A DNA stretch of 64,000 nt from assembly GCA_036172245.1 (NCBI GenBank), contig JAYWIR010000032.1:2356001-2420000 (forward strand). The letters run 5' to 3'. The stretch comes from Raillietiella orientalis (taxonomy: Eukaryota). Shown here one piece after another: positions 1 through 12,664 of this stretch. Below the pieces are notes generated by a model that saw only the letters and a list, made by a program, of their open reading frames with translations, made no database searches and had not been told where the DNA came from. Made by a program: the position numbers and the translations under genes. The stretch's first letter is position 1. Each line of letters begins with the position of its first letter.

Positions 1-575
1 GCTTGCAGACGATGGCTTCCTATTCGGAATGGGTGTGGCATCGTGATTGCCATTTTATGAACCCTATCAGAAAAATGCTAAGCGCTTGTCCTGGAGCACG
101 GCGTAGTGTTTCAAGCATGAACTCTGTTATAAACTGAAATGATCCTAGAACTGGAAACAAAAGGATTTGAGGGATGAAACCCAAATGATGAATTTTAGAA
201 AAATCACTTTTTAGATTTCCGCATACCTCCGAGATTCATGAATACACCCCAAGTTTACGGAAAGGCGCGTGGATTTTCTTCTAGTTTGTTTTTCTTTGTA
301 TGCTGGATTATAGAAACTCTGGTCGCTACTGATGTGATGAAATAGATTGAACCCTACTTATCATCAGGATCAGATACTTTGGGAGTAACAAACAGATTTC
401 TTATCGAAAACAACTTATTTTGCGATTCCGAACACCGAACATCTGAAATGTTCTTCGCAGGTACGAAGTTCTGCTTTCTTTGGAAGCAGATGGTTGTGGT
501 AATCCTGTTTTGTTTTTCGGGTGGGCGCTTGAACGTCGCTGCCCTGGTGAATGCAACAAATGGAGTGAGCCGAGG

Positions 576-1656
576 ATGGGTGACAACAAGAAGGCTTTCA
601 CAGTGAGAAAAATCACCCAACCTGGAGCAGCATTGCAGACCTGTAATAATGAGATAGTAAAATGTAAGCATTTTTTCCTCCAAAATTGACTGGAGATTTA
701 AAGGCAGATTTCAAGTAAGCATTCAAATGATTGAGATCTTATTGCACTTTTGTAGTTCTCTTACAATCATGTGTTATAAAGGTGTAGAAGAACTTCTAAC
801 CAAGAGAGATGAATTGTCTCAAGAGATTGCTCTGGAAGAAGAGCAGAAAAATAAGCTATCACGTGAAATAGAAGTTCTCAGTGAAAGACTTAGCAGAGTT
901 AATGAAAATTTGGCAAGAAAGTATTTGGCAAAAAAGCAATACGATCGAACAATCGAAGAGACAGAAGCGACCTATATGAAGGTGAATTCAGGAGTTTGTT
1001 TATTTCCAGATTCACTTTTGTAAGTTTTGAATGAATATATACAGTTCAAAAGGTGATCGTGCATTTTTCACAAGAACGCTGATGCGGTTGTAAGTGAGTA
1101 ACGTTTTAGAAGATCCGTGCCACGAAAATTATTTCAGTGAGTTAATTGATATTCATGCCAGTAAACCCTTATTTACTAACTGCTGGTTGCATCATTGTGT
1201 GGATGTGTATTGGTTGGAGGATAAAAGATGTGCAGTTTTGTTTTTGTTCATTTCTATTAAATTCGTAAACTTCAGTGTGAGAAGCAGTGCATGTTACTAA
1301 TGAGCAGTTTTTAAATGACGTGCCAACTTGAGATTTTGTTTTGCTAATGTGTTTAAAGTTCAGGGAGTTGTGTCAGTCATCAGCTGGGTATGTAATAGTG
1401 TATCATTTGCTGTTTTAAAGTTTAAATATAAGCCAACTAAGGGTGGTTGATTGTAAAAATTCATGCATGCATTGCATAAGGAGTGTTTGCAATGCCCCCT
1501 CTCTTATGAGAAATATTGTGATTAATTTTTATTCATTTCCAGATCTTAGAAAGTTCTCAAGTTTTGCTAAATGTTGTCAAAAAAGAATCTACAAATTTAA
1601 AATCACAAATCAGTGAAAAAGTTCCTAGCAGAGATGCATCAGAGAGAGCTCATTAA
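576..1656 (+). CDS. SSNA1: SSNA1/NA14 (DIP13) coiled-coil centriolar/microtubule protein; exons 576-663, 782-981, 1543-1656
   Basis: Spliced translation TQPGAALQTCNNEIVK|CVEELLTKRDEL...LSRVNENLARK...YDRTIEETEATYMK|ILESSQVLLNVVKKE matches the SSNA1 family. GT-AG introns are in consistent phase. Start codon uncertain. Confidence 0.92.
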
Positions 1657-4539
1657 AATGAAACTCTTGGGATAGGTAGGGTAAAATACTCAGCAAAAGT
1701 ATGTATTCAGCAAGAGTACAGTTACAGGTCTAGAATTCATGGAAATACAATTTGATAGAAGAATGTATGGCTGCAAATTCAGAAGTGAAAACAGTAATTA
1801 AATTTAATTTTATTAGAGCTAATGAAAAAATGCTCCTTCAGTTAATAATTGAATTATTTTTCTTATTTGGATGTTTCCAACTGATACCAAATACAGTCAG
1901 TTGTTTATATTTGAATGGAATTTGAGATTAGGGGAATTCAACATAAAGTTGAGAAAGTTTATGGCACAAATATAGCAGATTTGAGTTGTATCAACAGTAT
2001 TTCATGTTTGAGACTTATTTCCCTTTTTGTCGTTTTCCTGTCATCCCAAAATTGAACTTTATTAATACTTAGACCAACATGGAAAAAAATGCACCTAATC
2101 ATGAAGTTTACCGCTCACATTCTTGCAGTGACTTTAAAAAATCGAAAAAAACAGTTGATAGATTAAAGCTCACCCACATCTTGAATTAGAAACAGTGATG
2201 AAAGTGGAAAATACTTGCTCATTCCATTGATGTAATTAGCGTACTTTTCATCTACACAATGACTTGCCTCGCACACGCACGAGGCACCATAATGTAAACA
2301 AAGGTTCCATCAAAAAAGAAAAAATGAAAAACCTGCAAGGTGTCACTGAGAGAGGGGCGGTTGTGCATGCGAGCGGTGGCTGCGCCTCCTATAAGTTGTT
2401 TACGTGAAGAATGCGTGGCATTCTTCGATGGCACTCCACATCTCGTTGCTGTTTAATCACATTGAATGCTAGGAAATCGTTTGACATGGAGGCCACCTTT
2501 GAAGTTCGTTCCTTTTTTTTTTTTTTTTTTTTGCTCTACCCTTCGTGATGAGGTCGTGACACTAAGCTTAAAAAAGATTCCAACCAAAAGCATTCCAAAA
2601 GATATTTCCAACCGCCTCGATGCCTGTGTTTTCCTCGAAAATTCACGTTGAATTTCAATGTGAAGACGAAGCCTCTGCATCAAAAGGATCTTTGACACAC
2701 AACAGTTCAGTATTTTCTTTCAGTAAACCACTCCTGCTGCCGTGTGCAACCTGGACAGATGATGCCGACCTTGGTGTACGGCTCACCCAAAATTGATCCA
2801 AAGGACTTTTGCAATGTTTTTATGAATGTACTCATGGTGCTGGTCCCTGGGTTACACACAGAAACAGACACGTGCTCTGGGGACATCCCATGAGACTTGC
2901 GCTATTCATCACCATGGTATCAAACCATCGTGCATGGTAGTTATCGTTGGATGTGCAGCATTCTTCGAAGAGATGGAGATGAGATCACAAACGGAGATCA
3001 GAAGAAATTAGGGAGTTGACAATAAAAAATGTGCTTGCAGTATTAAAGCTGTACATGAGAAACCAATATCTGAAAACGAAATGCTCCAGAAAAAAATGAT
3101 CAACTTCTCTTGATTGACCATTGTATATTTCTTTCGTTTCACATTTCTCCCAGTATTGCTTTAACAGATTGGTCCTCACAGAGTGTTGAGGGAATTCCAC
3201 TTGCTGTAGATAAGAGGCATAAAAATCTCTTCAAACTTCCTTTCCGATACTGAAACAAAAAGTGAAGTCGATCTTGGTCGCGAGAACGACTCAAACTCAT
3301 ATGGTGGACATTCAGCTAATGATTTAATTGAGACTTCAAGAATTGTACTTTGAACTTTGTTTTTCTATTTTGAAATTGTTTTCAGGAAAATAAATGCCCG
3401 TCACTCTGTGAAAAATGCATTTAACTTGACTCTACAAGATTACATGGAGAAACTAACTGACAGTTTCCTTCTTGACCTCAACCTTCGTTATTATTCTGCT
3501 GATTTTGCGAAAACAGAAAACCATATTTGGCACTCTTATGTTTCCATAGTCTGGAAACTTGGTATCCTTGGATAAGTGAAGTAAAATCACTGCTTTGAAA
3601 AAACAGGTTTGCAAATTTCCCAAGCGTGTCTTCGGTTTGCCAAAAATCCTCAAGGCCCAAATCCTCAGAACTTTCTCATTCAATCAGGAGAAATGAGAAA
3701 GAAAAAAAAAACATCCTCTTGCACGCATTCGATAGCATGTACACGTGATTAAATTTGCAGATTGGTATTTTTATTCACCCATTAGAATACCGTCGTAGAA
3801 TCATTCGCAGCTTACAGTCCGAATCACGCTTGATGGATAAGGTCTTCAGATAGTGTTGCAGTTCATCTTTGAAGACGAGTTCTTTCTGGCGGTGTTAAGC
3901 TTCAGACTGTTTTTACATTAGATGAATGGAGTACGAATTCGAACATTGTAAGTGTTACATGCAGACCCAGGAGTAATACCTGATTCGATAGTAGGAAGTC
4001 GGTCATTCATATTAGAGAATGAATGTATGGCGTATATTTTTCAATTCATTCATTTAGATATTCATATATGCAAATTGAGCATTATGAAATAACATTCAAA
4101 ATTACTTGCTTTACCTCCAACGAGTGATCGATTTGATCAACTTACATCCTAATATTGCATCCTCCTTTAATTTCAGAAAGTAATGAAATACAAATGAATA
4201 TAACAGAAACATGTGAAATGAAATGGGAAGAAATCTTCTTATCTGGATAAGCAAAACCACCATGTTACTATAGAGAATTTTGCCCTGAGTTGTCGCCGAG
4301 CACTCTTCCCTTAGTTTTCAAGTTGAGAGCACAAGTCAGTATACTGAACTTGATGCCCTTATTCTCTGTGTGCTGACACAACATGTACAAAATAGTGGAG
4401 TTTTAAGAAATCTGCCTTTTTTGGCAAAAGGAATTCCGTTGCAATGACGGAAAGGAGAACCAATCAATCAGCGATCAAGAGATTCCAGGAAACTCAACCT
4501 AATTATTCCACGACTACCTGTTTTGTCCTATGTAAGAGT

Positions 4540-4715
4540 GAATGCTCAGTTTTCATATTCACTGCTCGACTGCCTGGAACTCACTTGAGCTTACCTTGCC
4601 AACCTTCACTCTTTCCTCATCCATAACTCCCACCTAACTTATCTCCTCCTTTGAGGTTTGACCAAGTTCCCATAATGTGCATTCCTAGATCTACCTTTCC
4701 TCAATTTTCCCCCAG
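4540..4715 (+). mobile_element. Possible highly decayed reverse-transcriptase remnant (Penelope-like)
   Basis: Broken frame NLHSFLIHNSH...*...AFLDL resembles the 'L..FL..LN...FLD' segment after YxDD in Penelope RTs. Contains stops; weak. Confidence 0.25.
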
Positions 4716-6476
4716 TAATAAGACTGAAAAGTGAATGGAAATTTTAGGCCGTTCTCTGTGTAACACTTGCGTGTCCTTCAAGTACTGTATTCCGAAAGAG
4801 CAAGTACAAAGTATAATCTCATGGGTTTTTCCAGCTCTTGAGATTCATACGGTGCACAGTATTTCACATCAGAATGTTTACATTCAGAAATAATGTACGA
4901 ATGTGTTCACATTGAAACAGTTTTCTTAGTCCACCTAATGCCTCGGGAACGTTCAGAATTCGCAAATTTTTCCATATCTCTTGATTCACTTATTTTAAAA
5001 ATATTCCATTCGTACTTCCTTGCCAATTCGAAACAATCTCAAGGTTCTTTCTAGACTATCACGCTATCAGAAGAGTTCAAACGTACCCAGTATGTGTTCT
5101 TAATAAAAAGAACACAAATTGCATTTGAAAAAAAAAAAACACCACTTTCCCTTAATTTCAGAATGCTACCAAGGTGAGTTTGATTCTTTTTTTTGCATCT
5201 GAGTAGCTGTTTAAAGAATAAAGAAGTCGTTTCATGTAAACAAATCTGTTGGATCCTAATGCAGCCGCTCTATTGAGACAACGAGATTGAGCCACTTTGT
5301 GTATACTATTCCTTCAGTGCTTCAAAACAAAATTTTCTGTATTTGGGAAAATCATAATGATTAGGATTTTTCTTCACGACATTAATAATAATTCCTAAAC
5401 TCAGATGTGAAGGGGTGTAATGTATGGATACGTTGTCTGTGACATTCAACGTAACCTCTGTTTATCGTGATGAAGCTATCCCTTTCACACGCAGTTCTTC
5501 GTAGGTTCTACCTAGCTTCCACCTAATAAGAGAAATAGCAGAATCGAATCCTGGATTCTTTTTTCAACGAGTTGATTCTGTATAAAATGGAGAGAGTCAT
5601 GATAATTTTCTCCAAGTATGATCAGAAGATAGTGATGGGCAATTTGAAAAACTGGCTTTTGTTACCAACCATTAAGAGCATCTCCAGGAAAATTCTAAAA
5701 GCAAATCTCCAGACTAATTCTCAGTCAGATCGATATCGTGTTACTAACAACTCTTGTCATTGATTTCTTTTTAGTATTTAGGCAAGTAGTAGAAAAAGAG
5801 TCTTAGACATTTGTCTTCTTTTAATAAAGCTCTAGCATGCTTTGCTATTCTATTACTTGGTTTTGGCATCAACCACCGTTGTTTTGAAGGTCTGTTTGTA
5901 TAAAGAAATTTGGTACCAGCCTAAAATATTTTGACGGAAAAATGGGAAACCAGTTTGATCTCTAATGTGGGAATCTGAACTTCGTATTCGGTCTGCTCGC
6001 ACTTTACTCTTTTCTATAAATAGATCATTTGTTATAGAATACAGAAGAAATAAAGGATTAGAAATGTGTCTCTTCAAGTTTTGAGACTCAAAAACATTTC
6101 TGAAGAAAATAAGTTTCTGGAACACTAATGATGATGTTAATAATGATGAGTTTGCAACAATAATGATGAGTTCGCTAGTGCTTCAAATGTAAGATTTGCC
6201 GTGTAGATCCTGAATCCATCTCAAGAAACGACTCAAATACTATCCTTCGGTGAAAATTGAATACTCTATGAATAGCTAAAATCAGAATTGGTAAACTATT
6301 GATAACAGATTTATAAATGTTTTCTTAAGCAGTTAATTTATTTAGATTACACACACAAAGGATGTAACTGCTTTGTATCCACATAATTGAACTTGGCATA
6401 TTAAGCATCGACTCATCAATATAGAAAACTTCTTGCAAACTTATTCCATTTCAAACGAATAATAAAGCTAATCTCG

Positions 6477-6628
6477 AATAGAAACATGGGCTAAATAGTG
6501 TAATAGTGGTTTTTTTGCCAAGTTTTTGCAACAGGAAATGAATCACCATTACCTTGTTCAGCCCATGTTCCTTTTGGAATGCTGAGCATTTCCAATAGGA
6601 GCATGGGTTAAATAAGGTAAAAGTGATT
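6477..6628. repeat. ~88-bp imperfect palindrome (6541-6628) plus a third degenerate arm copy at ~6477-6511; MITE-like
   Basis: Left arm aatcaccattaccttgttcagcccatgttccttttggaatgct (6541-6583) pairs with right arm agcatttccaataggagcatgggttaaataaggtaaaagtgatt (6585-6628). The upstream aatagaaacatgggctaaatagtgtaatagtggtt resembles the right arm. Confidence 0.8.
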
Positions 6629-7779
6629 GTTGTTTGTGGATTGAATAGGATTTGAGACTTATTTTAAGTCATCAAGTATGTAATAAGAGCAAATAATAAA
6701 GTATATTCGGCGTATTGTTTTAACTGAGGCATCTCCCATTCTTTCAAAGAGATTGATGCTTACAAACAATGGCTCAGTTTGGTCTTCTCGGAGCATAGGA
6801 TAATAATGATCATATGAACTTGGAAAGACATTCATGGATGTGTTTTTGAAAGCAATATATGAATTTCGCAGTCGTTATGCATTGATTAGCCATTTCCATC
6901 CCAATGTTGTGGTCAAATTTCTCTCAAATAAAGAAGTTTTCGGTCTTTGAATTATTATGGGAAAAATGAGAAGACAGACATGAGTATGGACAGTCATGGA
7001 AGAAAATTATCGTTAGTTTCATTAGCCAGAAATAGGGTAAATTTCACGCTGATCCTTTAAAGGATTAATTATACCAGGGTCTTTCAGAAACATTGTTGCT
7101 TGTGTGACAATAACGATCTGTTGGATGAAAGTGTGAGACATTAAAAAGACCAAACACTACAAGAGTACAAAAACGCATTTCTGAAAACGTGTTTCATTGC
7201 TGTTTTCATAGTTGCACTTTTGTGGAGTTCTGATAAAGATCGTCATTACTCAAAACAGTATATGGTTCTCTCTATTCCATGTTCCAAACATCTTTTTCAA
7301 GTTCTCGACAAGATCTCAGCATAGCACAATACGGCTTAAGAGTCAATAAATGGTAAATGAAATCATTTCACCTCAGCAGCCGTTTATATTAAATAGGGAC
7401 GGAGACGGCCACTGTGTTTTAAGATAATTGTTGATTTAAAATGCACAATATCATATTTCACTAAACAAGTAACATAATGTTCATTCATTTCCCTCATACT
7501 ATGAAGAGAATAAATTTTCGTATTAAAAGAAAAAACTCTTAAGCATGGCCAAAATTTATTACATGTGTATCACAAATACTGTGCTTCATGGATATGTATA
7601 ACGAAGAGCAATGAAACAGTTTTCGTAAATATGCAATCTATATACTAGTTTTATGAATAATTTCAAAGTTACAATGGCTGAAGTTATGATGAGTGGATAG
7701 TGTGTGATAAATGCGGTTACAGTAGCTTGCATCAATACATTAGAGCAAATGACAAGGCAATCCTGATCATTTGCAGCGT

Positions 7780-7880
7780 TAGTATGTGGATGGCGATGCG
7801 GTTTGGTGTATATCGTGAAAGCTTCGGTCGTACGGGCCGTGTAAGTCTTCCGAGTCGTGTAATCTCAACTCTGTTCGCTT
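7780..7880 (+). promoter_or_regulatory. Probable promoter / non-coding first exon of the EHMT gene
   Basis: Local CpG-rich patch in AT-rich DNA containing a consensus donor gtaagt at 7841, ~700 bp upstream of the EHMT ATG. Confidence 0.4.
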
Positions 7881-8550
7881 GAAACAGTTCCCTGATAGAG
7901 CATATCCTTAATAGTTTTTCAGGTTCCGTAGATGATGGCAGACGACACTTAAAAGTTTTGCTTCCTTTATATTAATCTGGGTTTCACGGTCTTAGGTAAT
8001 TCTGTTAATCTAATCTAATCCAAGAAGGTGGACCGGTATTATTTCCTTTTTTTTTTTTTTTCTTCCAATATGTAAAGGATTTATTGTTTCCATGATATAT
8101 TATTTCCAGAGCTTCCCCGTATTCCCGAGTTTTGCCGGTTTTACTGATGGGTTATTTCTGTGTCGAAATGTTATGTTTAATCAGGTTGATAGTGTACCAG
8201 AATTGATGTTTGCTCGTATTTCCATGAGTTTCGAAACCTGAAATTGTTAATTCCCTCAATCATGACACACGTTTCATGTCGGTAGTGAGCTTAAATCTGT
8301 CACTAAAGCTGGCAATGACTCATGTTAAATGATTCTGTATGGTGCTTTAGATGTAAGTTTGTTTTGGTGCGGTTATAGTTTACTGTGATTTGCTAACCTT
8401 GCTGTGTTTGGAATTTTAGTGGATTATATAGATGTTGATTATTTTGATAATCATAAGTAAAACTGCTTGTTTGTGTAATAATGTATCCATGTGTAATCAC
8501 TATAAGTTTTGATACTCCACAAATGAAAGCAATACTTGTGTGTTAGTGGA

Positions 8551-11500
8551 ATGAGCAGCTATTATGCTGATGATGAGCAGGCTTCTCATGATACAGCTGT
8601 AAGTTATTTTTTCAGTCCGATAATTTTTGTATTAAAGTTTTTTACCCACAATATAGAATGAGTATGGAGAGAGAGAGAAGCTTCAGAATGAAGATGAAGT
8701 TATAATAGATAATGGAAATTGCTTAGTTGAGACAGCTCTGAGCCACTCCTCAGAAGATTTATATCAGCTCTCCAAGAGACAGAAGGTGATTCTAAGAAGT
8801 AGTGCAGATGACTTGATGCAGATACCATATAAGCATCTCAATAAGTTTTCCTTTAAACAGTGTGACGATTCATCAGATCGGAGCTGTGAAAGCAGCCGAT
8901 CACTTTCTCCTGACATTAGTTATCAGAAAGATCCGATAAGGGTGAGGGTTCAAGACTGATAGTGGTGTAATAATGTTCATGCACAGGACTTTGTGGATGC
9001 TGAAGTAGATGATAAGAGTGATGGTACTGTGTTTTTGAAAATGACTAGGAGAAGGAAGAAACCGTTTAAAGGCCTCACCTATTCTCTCCCTGGTAACAAA
9101 AGCAAGAAGAAAAAATCGCGATTTGTTGTGAGCACTAATGAAGGCTCTAATAATTCCAAAGATGGTCCCCTGGAACTGGAAGAAAATCATGATGTTGCAG
9201 AGACAGGCAGCAGCAGTATTCTGGAAGGAAGTGAAGGGGAAGGAAATAAGGAACTTATGGAAAGTTTTGCATCTTCCCCAAATAGCAGTAAAGTAGAGAG
9301 TGAAGATGGGCAGCTTTGCTCAGGTGACTCTGAGGGAGAGGAGATGACTTCTCAAATGGAAGAGCACAATGGTAACTAGCATTCGCTCAGCAGATGTAAA
9401 AACTTTGTGCAGGGGAGTTGTCCTTCTTGGATTCAGATGATCAGGAAGCAGAAAGCATTTCTGCAGTTGATATCAAACAAGAGCATTCGGATAATTTATT
9501 AGATGCACTTGTTGCTCCAGATCAGACTCAGTGTAAGCAGGCAATTAAGAAAATGTTTGCAGGTATGCAATACTTTTCAATTCTATTCAGAATGTTGTGG
9601 TTATAGGGGAAACAGAACATTTATCAGTTGCACAGTCTGTGAAGCGAAGGAGAGCCTACCAGAAATTGGAGGATGGTGATATTTCTATGGAATCTGATAA
9701 CAGTTTTTCTACTGCGGATACGAAACCTACGCATATGGGTGGACTTATTGAGCCTGGACTTAGTTTTTCAGTAAGTCCAAAGAATGTGACATGTCCTTCA
9801 TATTGTGAAGTATTCACAGCAGTTTGTGCCATGTTGCTGTCAGTCTGCTCCCCAGTTTGTTGCCAAAGTAGACTTGGAAGAAGATGATCACTTTTGTCAA
9901 GCTTTGGATTCTGTAGATGAGCATATCATTGGCTGCCGCAATCCTGTCCATAGTCGAGTGCTACTGCGTCCGAGTTCTAAAGTCCCTTACCAGTTGCTGT
10001 GTATTTTGCATCAGAAACGGCTGCAGCAACACCACTGTTGTCCCAACTGTGGCCTCTTTTGTTCCCAGGTTTGCCTGGAAGCATGATGGCATGCTTTTAA
10101 CTTCTCACCAGGGTAGATTCCTGCAGTGCAGTGCCTTCCAAGAGGAGTCACACTTATTTCATCGTGATTGTCATGCTTGGATTGAAGAAAGGAAATGCTG
10201 TCCCCATTGTGGCCAAGTAGATATTTCAAAATTGCTATCAGTTCGCTTAGAGTTGAAGACAGCCACACCTCCTACTTTCTACTTGCGGCAGGGAGGAAAA
10301 CATATTAGGTAACTCGGCATTAGGGTACCAGTCATTGACATTTATCCAGGACCAAGAACCGCTCCAGTTTATCAGTCCATAAAGGATCCTTCCTCTGTTC
10401 TATTCAGGATTTCAGTCAATATATCATTCCAGAGACAGGAAACAAACTTTCAGCTAGTGATATCCCTCATTTACCAAGTCAGGAGCAGCTGCAAGAACTC
10501 TTGAAGCTCTTTGATGAAACAGATTTCACTGTGAATAGGTGAGTGAGGAAACTACCAGACATCACTTTCCAGTTGTAGTTCTTTGGATCTGTATGCTGCA
10601 GCTCTGAATGGAGATGTCAAGATGCTAATCCAAATTCTAGGTAAGGCATGATGAAAAATAATAGCAGAGAGTAGAAGAGTATAATGTATACAGCTCAAGG
10701 GGTGGATCCCAGTAACAGTTATCCAGAATATGAGTATCAGACAGCCTTACATGCAGCTGCTGAGACTGGAAACTTGCTAGTTACACACATCTTACGGCAA
10801 GCTGGTGCTATGTTAGATGTGCGGGATCAAAAACTGCGTACTCCTCTTATGATAGCAGCATCTTTGAATCACACATCTATTGTAAAGTATTTAGTGCAAG
10901 CAGGAGCAGCAGTGAAGTTGCGAGTAAGGGACTAGAAGATGCTTGGGCAACACTCACACATTGCAGGGAGAAGATGGGTTGACAGCCCTTCACCTTGCAG
11001 CCAAATTCGGAAATCTCGAGTCCTGTTTCTCGATTCTATCATTTAGTCGGGATAGCCGATCCTTGATTAACATGCAGGATGATGGTGGGTGGACCCCTCT
11101 GGTTTGGGGTACAGAACACAGTCACACAAGCATTGTGCGTTACCTGCTAGAGCAAGGTGCTAATCCACAACTCCAGGACTTTGAATGCAATACAGCTCTA
11201 CATTGGGCAGCATACTCAGGGAATTGGGAGATTGCTCATATGTTTTTAAATTATGGGTGCCGTCTTGACTGGGTGAATGTCAATGGAGACACTCCACTGT
11301 GAGTACCTGAATACACCAAGATCTTGCTACATCAGCTTGCAGGCACATTGCTTCCAGAAGAGACAACAGTGATTGTGTGCTTCTTTTTCTTGATAATGGA
11401 GGTTACAGTGAAGTGTTAAACAGAGATGGGGAACGTCCTATTGATTGTGCTGCATTGTTGCCCAATAGTCGTTCCCTGCTTTCCCTGCTAGTCACCATGA

Positions 11501-12664
11501 AACTATCTGGTCTGCTAAATAATAGCTTGAATAGGCGACGTATTCTGTCAAAGTATGATGGGTCAGTGTAATTGCAAGGATCTTATATTTTCCATCTCCA
11601 GTGATGTGTCTCGAGGCAAAGAGCGCATTCCTGTGCAGTGTATAAATGAACTGGATGATAGTCCTTTGCCCAGGGATTACTTGTATGTTACAGAGAACTG
11701 TGAGACAAGCATGACTTTTGTTAACCGAACCATTTCATCTTTACTGGTGGTAAGGCTCTCTCTCAGACTATGCATATGGCTTCCTAGCATTGTAGTTGCG
11801 AAGGCAAGTGCTCAGTTGGTGGCTGTGCTTGTTGTGAAGTGAGCATGCAGTGTTGGTATGATGATGAAGGGCATCTGCTACCCACATTTAACTATCAAGG
11901 TAAGAACATCACTGGTACCTCTGCCCAATCTCTTGCAGACCCTCCTATGCTTTTTGAATGCAACAGAGCATGTCGCTGCCACTCAGCATACTGCAAAAAT
12001 AGAGTGTTCCAGAAAGGTATTGTTATACAGATGGAGTTGTTTCGTACACATTGCAAGGGATGGGGTGTGCGCACACTTGAATTTGTCCCAAAGGGTACTT
12101 ATGTTTGCGAGTAAGTAGATGTGATGCTGTTGATGAATCATAGATCACCTGCCTTCTAGATATGTGGGCGAAGTTATCAGTGATCATGAAGCAGATCTGC
12201 GGGAGGATGATTCCTACCTTTTTGATTTAGATAACAAGGTACTGTTGCTTACTAGGAAAACCCACTAATATGTCTAGCATGGTCACAGGATGCAGAAACA
12301 TTTTGTATTGATGCCTGTCGGTATGGCAACCTGGCTAGGTTCATCAATCATCAATGCCAACCCAACCTGATTCCAGTAAAAATGTTCGTTGACCATCAGG
12401 ACACTCGATTTCCGAGGATCGGATTTTTTGCAGTGAGGGACATAGCAGCTTATGAGGAGCTGGGGTAAGAGGGATGAAAGGTGGAGACACTGAAGTATGC
12501 TTGCATTCAGCTTTGACTATGGAGAAAAATTTTGGATTATCAAATCCAAAATGTTTGTCTGCAGCTGTAACTCACCCTATTGCAAATACTCTGAAGTGAC
12601 TATACAGGAAACACTTGAGAAGTACAGGCAGAGGATCCAAGCTTTTGAAGCTATAGATGCATGA
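8551..12664 (+). CDS. EHMT1: Histone H3K9 methyltransferase EHMT1/EHMT2 (G9a/GLP) orthologue: acidic N-terminus, Cys-rich region, ankyrin repeats, pre-SET/SET/post-SET; many short introns
   Basis: Cys-rich [19 protein letters not shown]. Ankyrin repeats ([36 protein letters not shown]). Pre-[16 protein letters not shown] motifs [28 protein letters not shown]. Post-[11 protein letters not shown]. Stop TGA 12662-12664. ATG 8551 inferred from phase-compatible exons. Confidence 0.95.

Noticed and set aside
1..53. Possible minus-strand gene start MAITMPHPFRIGSHRLQ running off the window
   Set aside because: Too short to identify and no recognisable motif.
3168..3253. Neuropeptide-like ending DKRHKNLFKLPFRY*
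   Set aside because: No signal-peptide exon or amidation Gly found; a single KR site is insufficient.
5853..6125. LINE-RT-like words (IRDQTGF here; ILTYAS near 59895; LEKSF near 58650)
   Set aside because: Isolated short matches that could be chance; at most very old remnants.
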